This document shows, one piece after another, positions 26,401-37,774 of a stretch of DNA of 64,000 bases. This DNA is from Basidiobolus meristosporus CBS 931.73 (Eukaryota > Fungi > Basidiobolomycota), in the NCBI GenBank assembly GCA_002104905.1, contig MCFE01000452.1, positions 8,930 through 72,929 of the forward strand. Direction: 5' to 3'. Under the pieces are notes generated by a model. It did not search any database, was not told the origin of the DNA, and was given only the letters and a program-made list of their open reading frames with translations. The number at the start of each line of letters is the position of its first letter. The stretch's first letter is position 1. The position numbers were made by a program, and so were the translations under genes.

Positions 26401-26777
26401 TATTAAGCTGAATAAACTGACTTTGTCTTACTTTTGGCAGCATTTGAATAGAAGTGAGTCATACATAATGGAATGTAGTGCTACCTAAGTGCATATATAT
26501 GGTGCCACAGAATTAATTATGATGCCCACTTTGACATGTTGTTGCTTAGTCTTATATTCATGCAAGTGCTCTGTCTCAGATACAGTACTGCTATAAGTTC
26601 ACACAAGCATTGACAAAGAGTGATATAATAATGTTATATTGCTAGCAACTTAGCTGTTAGCCCCACGGACATGCTTGCATTGATCAACATCATGACAGAA
26701 GGTCCAAATATTAATGTGGCTATTGCAACAAGCCTGCAGACAGTATAGGAAGTATTATAAGTATTGTAGCCAGTGTT
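23480..26777. mobile_element. rearranged older fragments of the CACTA-type family (minus orientation ~23480-25690, plus ~25690-26777)
   Basis: Diverged matches to copy B 19530-19700, 20570-21330 and 18720-19230, and to copy A 4620-5720. Confidence 0.65.
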
Positions 26778-29690
26778 TGTTGAAATATTGAGCTATTTGG
26801 CATCATTCAATACCTAAAAATTTATCTTGCAACTCTGACTGGTCTTGATCACTGTAGAGCTATTTTTGCAGCCCTAATTTTGCCACTTCCTATTATATTT
26901 TGATTCTGTGTCAATTCCTTCACAGTTAAGATTAAATCAGCACTTTTACCAAACATTATGAACTCACTCTAAAATTGTTAGAGAATGCTCCTGAGTGCAG
27001 AGAAAATATCTTTCTTAGTGTTACAGTTGTATTGCTTCTACTAAGGCACAAATATTGAGCTTCTTTATGAATAAATATCAGCTCAACTATTACCACGACT
27101 TGTAAAGAAGTTTTTTCTACTCAAAACACTTCTTAAATTGCAACAGGTTATGAGCCCTGATTGCCTTAATCTAATTTAAAGATGACATCTACCGGTAAAC
27201 CAAACAATACAAATATCTTCCCTGTAAAGGAGATGTGTGATGGAAGGAACTTCAGACTTTCAACTATCACAATGCATATTGACCTTGGGGAAAGTAAGCT
27301 TTGAATATAGTAACAGAAAAGGAAGTTGAGCCCTCAGGAACAGCAGAAGAAGCTGAAAAGTTTCAAGAGATGGAGAAAAAGTCTTTACTGCCATGTGTAT
27401 CAATGTGCAAGATTTCTTCATTGGATAAATTCACGCTTCATTACTGCCAAAGCAGCATAGGAACTCCTAGAGAAGATCTTTAGAGCAAAGTAAGTATCAA
27501 GCAAGCTTCATTCCACAAGAAAGTTCTTCAACATGAGGAGGAAGCCAGATGATAACATGCTACAACTCATTATCAGAATGGAAACACTTGCAGAAGAGCT
27601 TTACAGCTGGTATATATGACAAAGAAAAGATACTCTGTCTGCTTTGCAGCTTACAAGACAAGTATCAGCTACTCAATCTTTCTTTTGGAAGGCAAGACAA
27701 CAAACTAACATTAGACTACATCAAAGGAGAAATTTTTCATGAAGAGCTCAGACATAATGACCAAGCAGAGAACTTGAAGTGATTGCTTTCTATAGCTCAG
27801 AGAGGCACACAGAAAACATGGGAAAGCAACAGAACCAGAGAAAACCTGGTTGCTCTAACTAATGCAAGAAGCCAGCACACTGGGCAAGCAAATGCAGGGA
27901 GACACAAGCATGTAACAAACAGAAGCTAAAGCAGGCTGAAAATACAATTATAGATGAACAGTTTTTTTTAACTCTACAAGAGAGTGCAAGTAAACACAGC
28001 AATGCATGGTATATAGAGTCTGAAGCATCAAAGGATATTTGCAGTATACAGGAGTAGCTTGGCAACTTCATTACTTTTCCCCTAAGGGAGGTTTATCTGG
28101 GATGCAACTCTGCACTTGAAGTTACTGCCAGTAGGTCCATAATACTAACATCTTTGCCGCCAACCAGACAAGTATGAGCCACTCATACTTTCTTTTAAAA
28201 GCAGAGAAGACAATCTGAGGCTAGACAATGTCAAAGGAAGACTTCTCCATGAAGAGCTCAGATGCCATGATCAAGCACAGAGATTGAAGACAATGCTTTT
28301 TTCAACTCAGAAAGGCACACATAAGAGAAGGGAAGGCCACAAATCCAAGGAAATCCTGGTTGCTCTAACTGCTGTAAAAAGCCAGGACAATGGGCAAGAG
28401 ATTGAAAGTAGAAATAAGCCAGCGAAAACAGAAGCTGTAGTAGGCAAGCCATATAACTACAGATGAACAGTTGATTGTAACTATACAAGAGAGTGCAAGT
28501 AGCCAAAGTAATGAACAGTATAGTGACTCTGGAGCATCACTGCATATTGGTGGTAGACAGGAGTAGTTAAGCAACTTCAATACTTATCCCATAAGTAAGG
28601 TTTATCTGGGAGATAACTCTGAGCTGGAGGCTACTACCTGTGGGTCCATACAACTAAATATGAGTGATATCTCAGGTGCTAATACAGCAAAACTAACTGA
28701 AATACCTTATGTGCCTGTAATAGCCCATAATCTACTCTCAGTAAGTAAAGCAACTACTCAGGGACTGAGTTTGTTTTTACCTGATTGAGCTGCTCAATAT
28801 TGAGTGAAAATGGAGATATGTTATCTTGGAATCAGAGTTCACAGCCCATACAAGTTACAATGCAAGATCATTATACCTTAGTAGGTCAACATTGCTAAAA
28901 CTGATGCAAATAACTGGGAGATGAGGTATAGAAGGATAAGACACATTGGGGAATGGAAAATTTGTCAATTGGTGAAAAATCAACTTCTTTTGGGATTAGG
29001 TTACTGAACTCTAGTAAAGCCAAGTGTCTGTAAGGGATGAATTTGTGGCAAACAATCTAGGCCACTTTGCAGGAGCTCAGTAGGAGCTAACACCCCCAGT
29101 ATACTGGCTATAATACACTCGGACATATGTAGGCCCTTGAGAACATTGTCCTTCAGAGCCAAGAGATACTATATGACATTTATTGAAAACATAACAAGAT
29201 ATATATGGGTATACTTCCTCAACACAGTGGCTTAGGCTTTAGAGGTGCTTAGGCACTTCAAGAACATGGCAGAAGCACAGACCAGATTTAATATGAAGGT
29301 ACTTTGAAGTGATAATGGAGGGGGAAAACACTTGGAGGAGTTCTGAAAGTACCTCTCAACTATTGTTATCCTTCAACAGACCACTGTTCCACATATTGCA
29401 TGGCAAAATGGGTAGCTGAATGTAGAGATTGGAAGATTTGTGATACACAAGAAGAAAATGAAATACAGGTTCTGGGCTGAATCTGCTTCTACTGTGATAA
29501 ACACTGAAAGTAGATTCTCAACATCAGCACTGTGTGATTCTACAACCATAGAAGCATATATAGGCAGAAAACTAGACTTCCAGCACTACAGGATATTTGG
29601 CAGTCATGTTATCTATTACATCCCTAACAAAAAATGCTTAATGTTCTAGCAAAGAAGTCGAAAAGGAATCTTTCTTTGCCATTGTAAAAA
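26778..29690 (+). mobile_element. copia family 2, 5' half (LTR 26778-27145, PBS, gag, PR, IN), heavily decayed and truncated
   Basis: TGTTGAAATATTG...TTGCAACA LTR followed by GGTTATGAGCCCTG; homologous to the reverse complement of 35330-37774. Confidence 0.88.
27146..27159 (+). promoter_or_regulatory. primer-binding site GGTTATGAGCCCTG
   Basis: 14-nt complement of the yeast-type tRNAi-Met sequence CAGGGCUCAUAACC, directly after the LTR. Confidence 0.9.
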
Positions 29691-30935
29691 TACCAAGAGC
29701 TTATTGACCCAAGGTTTGGAAAACTTATTCTTACCAACAGCTGAGTTAAGGGCTGTGTAGTCAATGCGCATCTTAATTGCTCCATCCTCCTTTTCACAAA
29801 CAACACTGGTGCTGCCTAAGGTGGCTTGTAGATCTAGATGTGTCCTAACACCAATGGTTGATCAAGTTGTCTCACCTTCACTTCCAACCCCAAGGAGCAC
29901 ATCCTGTAAGATATTTTGCTTACTGAGGGACTATCTCTTGTGTCAATGGCATGAGCTACATCTTTGACTAAGGGTAGGCTTACAAATTCCTCTGAAAACA
30001 AATCTTAATATATCTTCAGAAGAGTCAGGACTTGTGGGGGAACTGGGGTCTAGTAGGTAACAGCTCATAGGTCTTATTGTCTGCCAGGATCTGAGCAGCA
30101 TGGGGTCTCAATTCAATGGATGGATTACAGGTGTGTAACCATTTTTTCTAAGTATTTGGTTATATTGGCAGCTTCCGCATATGTAGGACTGTATATCTTC
30201 TTCATGGTCATTGATCTTCATTCTTACTTGTGGAGTGACACAGTTGATTATATGGGAGATAGTATCAGCTGTTAAGGCTGAAGTTAACTTGGTAAGTTCC
30301 AAGTAGATTCCAGCTGTCTAGGCAAAATGCTCTGACATGTACTTGTGTGATGTTCCTGAGTCAACCATGCTCTTTGTAGGTACTCCATTGATGACTCCAC
30401 TAATGTACAATAGTTTGCTGAGTTTAAAGTCCTTTGGATAGGTACTCTTATATCATATTGAAGGAGAGTTCTGAGTCTGCTGACAGCTCATCCTCTACTT
30501 CAATATCTTCTTGGGTGTAAATACAGTTGAGAATTTGACAGCTTGAAGGGGGCTCCTTTTTTCTTCAGCAGGAGGATTACCAATTAATGCTGCTACCAAT
30601 GTTACATGTCTTGTTATAAGAGTAGTTGAGGAATAGTGAGTTTAGCTAGTATTGTATTGGCTAAAACATCCACCAATCATTATTATGATTCCAGCAGCTC
30701 CTGATATACTTTTGCCAGATCATTTGGTGTCTAGTTGTATTCCCTAATGTGAGTTATAGCTGATGCTCTTTTGATTGCATCATCATTATTCAACTTGATC
30801 TTACTTAATATATCTATTACTATCTGACAAGGATATGCTGATTCATATGCTGAAATTCTGAGAGACTAAACATAAAGCATATTGAATTGACTAAAAGCTG
30901 ATCTAACTTGGATATATGAGCACTAGATCATGACA
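29690..30935 (-). mobile_element. gypsy family remnant: 5' LTR (30600-30935), PBS, internally deleted gag, PR and RT N-terminus
   Basis: TGGTAGCAGC PBS next to the LTR; minus-strand APVLFVK..DG..RM.IDY.ALNS remnant; homologous to 42514-44730. Confidence 0.8.
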
Positions 30936-30964
30936 ATAAGAAGCATAAATATGTGACTGCCTAT

Positions 30965-31332
30965 TGTTACAAGTCTTGATATAATAGCTATTTGGAAATG
31001 CAAAATTTAGTAAGTATTTTATTTACTAAAGCTTAAACTGATTCTTACTGTGGTTCCAGTAGCTTCTTATATACATCTTGCCAGATAAATTGAAGACTGA
31101 TTGTATTTCCTAATATAGCTTGTGGCTGATGACTCATCTAATGGCATCATCATCACCCATTTAGCTCTCACTTAATACACCTATTTCTCTCTGGTAAAGA
31201 TCTGCTGATTAGCTGCTAACTATAACTACCGATTTCATTGATGATACTTAGATAGTGATTGGCTTAACATAAAGTTGACTGGTTTGACTAAGAGTTGGTC
31301 TAACTGCAACATTCAAGCAGCCTGTAATGACA
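30965..31332 (-). repeat. diverged gypsy-family LTR (368 bp)
   Basis: TGTTACAAGTC...AATGACA; homologous to 21821-22188; no clear TSD. Confidence 0.8.
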
Positions 31333-31649
31333 AGTTAAACCTAACAGCAAATTACATTTGTTTTACCTGAATATACACTGTGATGGATATATTTGACTTT
31401 GACTATTTTGTCACCCAGTATTAAATTAAGAAGAAACAAACTTGAAGATTATAATAATTTTGCTGGTGGCAGTTGCATAAAAAACTGCATTGGTGGCACA
31501 AGCTGAGATAATGAAGAGCAAACTCTTGAAAATTTCCTATTAAGTGGGTTTGCAAAGGCAAGTTTACAACAAGTCTTTTAAAAAAGCATCACACATTATT
31601 AGGTAGCCGAAAGATTTTGCAAATAAGCTACACACAGTATTGATCATAA

Positions 31650-32511
31650 ATAAATGCACCCCAGATTTCACCAAGAAATTGGTCAAAATCTCTTATCACA
31701 ACAATGCAAGAGTGGCTTTAGATTAGACTTGTTGCGCTGTATAGTGCCACATTGAGCCATGAGTGCTAAATGATGCCATAGTGTTCCAGAGAGGCCAAGG
31801 GAGCCTATATTTGGCCACAGAGTGTGAAACATAGATCTGCATATTCATGCAAAGCAGCCCCTGTGTTTCACCTATGATGCAGGAGAAAATCCATTTTTTG
31901 ACGTTTTTTTGCGGATCAATGTTATGTAGGATGTGTAAGTGCATAGAAGAGCTGAAGACATGCATCAGGTACTCAATACCCATGGCACTCTGAATCTAGC
32001 TCCTGTGGCTTTTAACATGCCACAAAAATGCATGGCACTATCTTGGTCCACAACCTTCAGAGTTCTTGACATTGTTTCTTTGTCTGTAAGTGGGATCTCC
32101 ACTCTGTCAACAAAGGAGGGCATGGAGGCAGTGGTAGACAAGTTGCCTTTCTCTGTATACTCAGCTACCTTACTGGAGCTCAGCTCAACTGTCTGTGCAT
32201 CCTTCAATTGTGTAAACAGCTCTTTTCTTGTTAGTAGGTATTCTTGGCAATGATGAGAATCAGTCTGCTCTGGGCTAATGGCACTAACTGGCAAGAACTT
32301 CAGCTTTCCTCATAATCTTCCTAGTCTCTAGCTTGGGTAGACTATTATGCCTTTGACTTTTCCTTTATTAGTGCTAGATCTTTCACTGCTAATTGGTCTG
32401 GGTGCTTCTTGTATTGAGCTATATTTTCTCCTTGATAAATGCTGCTCTGATGCTTCTGTTCGGGCCTGTTTGTCTCTTACTGGCACTCTGCAGATAACCC
32501 AAAGCTTCTTC
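31650..32511 (+). mobile_element. CACTA-type left-end fragment
   Basis: Matches the reverse complement of ~20300-21360 of copy B. Confidence 0.7.
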
Positions 32512-33087
32512 CATTACAATTTAAGAAGTGATATGGATACAAGGAACTTATCCAGAAATAGTGATATTAGTTGACCTGTTGCTTATTCATAAGAAGCAGT
32601 GTTTGTACCTTTGTAGAAGCAATACAGGTGTAACACCAATAAGGAGGGTTTCTTGACAATCAGGAGCATTGGGTAACAGCTTCAGGGTTAGTACATAATG
32701 GTTGATAAAAAGTGTTAATTTGATCATCACTATAGGGGAATAATCATAAGATCACATATGTGAAGAAACTCTCAAAGTTGGGGCTGCATATTAGTCCTAC
32801 AGTCAACACAACTAGCTTAGAGATGTTAAACTTTTATCTGCTGAATGATACCATATAGTCAAATATTTCAACAGATAAAAGGATCTTATCAAGATATAAT
32901 GACAATAGTTGAACAACACCCCCCCTCAGCTAAAGAATTTCTTATTCCTAATTCCTTTCTGAGATTCTCAAATTGTGGTCTAGCCAGTGGTTTTGTCATT
33001 ATATCTGCCACTATTTTGTCAGTTGGACAGTAAACTAAATCTTCTAAGTAATTTTCTACAGCTTCCCTCACAGAGTGGTGTTGAACA

Positions 33088-33456
33088 TGTTGCAATTTAA
33101 GAAGTGATTTGGATATAAGGAACTTATCAAGAAATAGTGATAATAGTTGAACTGTTGTTTATTCATAAAGAAGCTCAGTATTTATACCTTTGTAGAAGTA
33201 ATACAGCTGCAACACTAAGTAGGGAGGGTTTCTCAATACTCAGGAGCATTCTGTAACAGTTTCAGGGTTAGTACACAATGTTTGGTAATAGTGCTAATTT
33301 GATCCTGACTATAGGGGAATAATCATAAGATCATATATCTAGAGAAAGTGGCAAAGTTAAGGCAGTAAATGAGTCCTACAGTGACTAAGACTAGCCTAGA
33401 ATTGTTAAGTAAATTTTCAGCTGCCAAATGATACCAAATAGTCCAATATTTCAACA
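33088..33456 (-). repeat. 3' LTR of the young copia
   Basis: TG...CA; near-identical to 37406-37774. Confidence 0.95.
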
Positions 33457-36400
33457 CTCCCCCTCAACTAAATAATTTCTTAATCCCAATTTCTCTCTAA
33501 GGATCTCAAACTGTGGCCTAGCTAGTGGTTTTGTCAATATGTCTGCCACCATTTTGTCAGTTGGGCAGTAAACCAGCTCTACTAAGTTATTTTCTACAGC
33601 TTCCTTCACAAAGTGATGCTGTATATCAATGTGCTTAGTTCTGGCATGATTAGTAGGATTTCTAGCTAATGAAACACAACTTTGATTATCCTTGTAAATA
33701 CATGTTGGTTCACCTGAATTAAAACCTAAGTCTTTGAATAATTTTCGTAGCCATATAGCCTCCTTAGTTGCTTGACATGCAGCCATATATTCGGCTTCAG
33801 TTGTAGATAGTGCCACAGTTGGTTGTTTCTTGCAATTCCAAGTAATAGCTGCACCAGCATAAAGAAATACATAGCCTGTGGTAGAGCGTCTGTCAATCAA
33901 ATCCCTACCCCAATCTGAATCACTATAACCATCAAATTTTTGCCTATTAGCTGCTCCAGAGTATTCCAGTACCATATTTATTGTACCTTGTAGATATCTG
34001 AAAATCTGCTTAACTGCTGCAATTTGATCTGATCCATAATTCTGCATAAATTGACTGACTATTCCAACTGCTACTGCAATATCTGGACGTGTAGACACCA
34101 TCAAGTACATTAGGCTACCAACCATTGATTGATAGGGAAAGTTTTGGTCCATATTTGAGCCGTTTTCATCTATAACTGGCTGAGATTTGCTTAATCTCAG
34201 GTTATTGTCCATAGGGGTTGCTGCAGGCTTGCAATTTTCCATTTTGAAGCATCTAAGAATGTCCCTGATGTACTTAGACTGATTCAGCACAATTTTCTGC
34301 GTAGGTATGTCAAATTTGACCTGAATTCCAAGAAAATAGCTCAATTTTCCAAGATCTTTCATCTCAAACTTGCTGAAGAGATCTGATTTCGTCTGTTTAA
34401 GTGCCTCTTGATCACTTGTAGCTATAATTAGGTCGTCCACATAAAGAACTAGGATAATCACACCCTTTTTGAGCTGTTTCACATATATACTGTGATCTGC
34501 AGTGCTACGAGAGAACCCAATTTCCTCTAGATATGTGTCAATCTTGTTATACCATGCTCTGGGTGCCTGCTTAAGCCCATACAACAATTTTCTAAGTTTG
34601 CACACCTTATGGGGGCTTTTTGGATCGGTAAAACCTTCTGGTTGCTCCATATATATAGTTTCTTGCAAATCCCCATTTAGAAAGGCTTCTTTGACGTCCA
34701 TTTGGTGTAGATCTAGACTGTGTACAGCTGCCAGGGCTAGAACTGTCCTAATAGAGTTAAACTTGGCAACCGGAGCAAATGTTTCCTTAAAGTCTAGTCC
34801 CTGGATCTGGGAATAGCCTTTAGCTACCAATCTAGCCTTGTACTTATCAACGGCACCATTTGAGGTTATCTTGATCTTGTAGACCCATCTACATCCTATT
34901 GGCTTTCTCCCATTTGGTAAATCTACCAGTTCCCATGTTTTTGCCTTGATCAGTGATTGGTACTCCTCCTGCATGGCTTGTTGCCACTTAGTAGCATCTG
35001 GACCTTGCATTGCCTGTTCCAGATTCTGAGGTTTGGCACATAAGGCAAGATAAGCTTCTTCATGATCATTGGATGTCTGCCACCAGGATCCAGGGGCATT
35101 TCTTATTCTGGTAGATCACCTAACTGGGATAATCTGTTCTGATCTGGAACTGGTAGAAGTATCTTCCATCTCTGGCTGGATTTGGTACGTATCTTCCTCA
35201 TTTGTGTTGATTGCATCATCAGGCAGCTGGCCAATGATTTCTGTGGCTTTCTGATCTGAATTCTCCTCAAATACAACATCCCTGCTCTTGATCAGCTTCT
35301 GAATTTTGCCATCATACACTCTATACCCTTTAGTATCTTCACAATACCCAAGAAAGATCCCTTTTCTACTCTTTGGTTCCAACTTTGAGCGTTTTTTGTC
35401 AGGGATGTGATAAAAAACATCACTGCCAAAGATCCTGAGGTGCTGGAGATCTGGTTTTTTGCCTGTATATGCTTCAAAGGGTGTAGAATCACGTAGTGCT
35501 GTTGTTGGGCATCTGTTCTTGATGTATACAGCGGTAGCAACAGATTCAGCCCAAAACTTGTAGTCCATTCCCTTATCATGTAGCATAGATCTTCCCATCT
35601 CTACTATTGTTCTATTTGCACGTTCTGCTACTCCATTTTGCTGTGGAGTATGAGGAACTGTGGTCTGTTGAAGTATACCAGTAGACAAGCAGTATTTTGC
35701 AAACTCCTTTGAGCAGTATTCTCCTCCATTGTCACTTTGTAGTACCTTCAATTTACACCCAGTTTGTGTTTCTGCCATGTTCTTGAAGTGCTTAAACGTC
35801 TCTAAAGCTTCATCCTTTGTTTTGAGGAAGTACACCCATGTATATCTTGTCTTGTCATCAATAAACGTCATAAAGTATCTCTTGGCTCCAAAGGACAGTG
35901 TTCTCATGGGGCCACATATGTCTGAGTGTACAATAGCCAATATTTTGGTAGTATTGATGCCTTCTGAGCTCTTGAAACGTTGCCTAGCTTGTTTGCCATA
36001 TGAACATCCCTTACAAACATTCAATCTGATCGGAATTGAGTATTTTAGGCCCAAAACAAGCTGATTTTTCACCAATTGGCTCATTTTCTGTTCCCCTATG
36101 TGTCCTAGCCTCCTATGCCACGTCTCCCAGTTGGTTTCATCAGTTTCAGCAATGTTGACATACTCAGGTACAATGATCTTGCATTGTAACTTGTATATAT
36201 TGTGATCTCTGATTCCCAAAGCTAATTTGTGTCCATTTTCACTCAATATTGAGCAGCTCAGCTTAGTAAAAACAAATTTCAGTCCCTGAGTAGTTGCTTT
36301 ACTGACTGAGAGTAGGTTCTTAGCTATTCCAGGTACATAGAGTACGTCAGTCAGTTTTGCTGTTGTTGCCCCTGAGTTATCACTCATATTTAGTTGTATA

Positions 36401-37369
36401 GACCCACTAGCGGTAGCTTCCAATGCAGAGTTATCTCCCAGATAAACCTTTCTTACGGGAATAGTCTTTAAGTTGCTGAACCAATCCTTTATACCACAAA
36501 TATGCTGTGATGCTCCAGAGTCAATATACCATTCATTACTTTGGTTACTTGCACTCTCTTGTACAGTGACAAATAACTGTTCATCAGTAGTTATATGGTT
36601 TGCCTGCTCTAGTTTCTGTTTTTCATCTGCTTGTTTCTTCTTGCATTCTCTTGCCCAGTGTCCTGGCTTCTTACAGTAGTTACAGCAGCCAGGTTTTCTT
36701 CGGTTTTGTTGCTTTCCCTTCTTTTCTGTATGCCTTTCTGAACTGAATAAAGCATTATCTTCAATTTTCTCTGCTTGATCATTACGTCTGAGTTCTTCAT
36801 GGAGAAGTCTTCCTTTGACATAGTCTAAAGTCAAGTTGTCTTCTCTGCTTTCAAAAGAAAGTATGAGTGGCTCATACTCATCTGGTAGGCTGCAAAGCAG
36901 ACAGAGTATCTTTTCTTCATCATCTACACCAGCATTAATACTGTAAAGTTCTTCTGCAAGTGTCTCCATTCTGGTAATGAGTTGTAGCACGTCATCATCT
37001 GGCTTTTTTCTCATGTTGAAGAACATTTCGTTTCAAATAAAGCTTGCTTGATACTGACTTTGCTCTAAAGATCTTCTCTAAGGATTCCCATGCTGCTTTG
37101 GCAGTATTTGAGGCATGGATTTGTCCAATGAAGGAGTCTTGCACATTGATGCATATTGCATTGAAGGCCTTTCTCTCCTTCTCTTGAAACTTCTCCACAT
37201 CTTCTGCTGTTCCTTTGGGCTCAACTTCCTTTCCTGTTACTATGTTCCAAAGCTTTCTTTCCTCAAGGTGGATCTGCATCTTGATTCTCCAAAGTCTGTA
37301 GTTCTTCCCATCAAACCTCTCCTTTACAGGGAAGATGTTGGTATTGCTTTGTTTGCTGGTAGAAGTCAT
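33451..37369 (-). pseudogene. copia gag-pol (gag, CCHC knuckle, PR, GAG-pre-integrase, IN, RT, RNase H) with one frameshift and one nonsense codon
   Basis: [69 protein letters not shown]; +1 frameshift near 37026, in-frame TGA at 35116-35118; final stop lies inside the 3' LTR. Confidence 0.95.
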
Positions 37370-37405
37370 CTTTAGAATAGATTAAGGCAATCGGGGCTCA
37401 TAACC

Positions 37406-37774
37406 TGTTGCAATTTAAGAAGTGATTTGGATATAAGGAACTTATCAAGAAATAGTGATAATAGTTGAACTGTTGTTTATTCATAAAGAAGCTCAGTATT
37501 TATACCTTTGTAGAAGTAATACAGCTGCAACACTAAGTAGGGAGGGTTTCTCAATATTCAGGAGCATTCTGTAACAGTTTCAGGGTTAGTACATAATGTT
37601 TGGTAATAGTGCTAATTTGATCCTGACTATAGGGGAATAATCATAAGATCATATATCTAGAGAAAGTGGCAAAGTTAAGGCAGTAAATGAGTCCTACAGT
37701 GACTAAGACTAGCCTAGAATTGTTAAGTAAATTTTTAGCTGCTGAATGATACCAAATAGTCCAATATTTCAACA
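37406..37774 (-). repeat. 5' LTR of the young copia
   Basis: TG...CA, adjacent to the PBS. Confidence 0.95.

Larger units (their letters stand above)
33088..37774 (-). mobile_element. full-length Ty1/copia element, family 2 (4687 bp), 5-bp TSD GAACA
   Basis: 369-bp LTRs (33088-33456, 37406-37774) differing at 5 positions; PBS GGTTATGAGCCC at 37394-37405; PPT at 33457-33464; GAACA on both flanks. Confidence 0.97.

Noticed and set aside
30936-31332. The adjacent LTRs at 30600 and 30965 as the two ends of one tiny element
   Set aside because: The PBS and internal sequence lie to the left of the first LTR, the 29-bp gap has no PBS or PPT, and there is no shared TSD.
34502-34816. Antisense and alternative-frame ORFs over retrotransposon and transposase regions (many in the track)
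   Set aside because: They are shadow ORFs with mostly non-ATG starts and are not conserved as open frames between copies.
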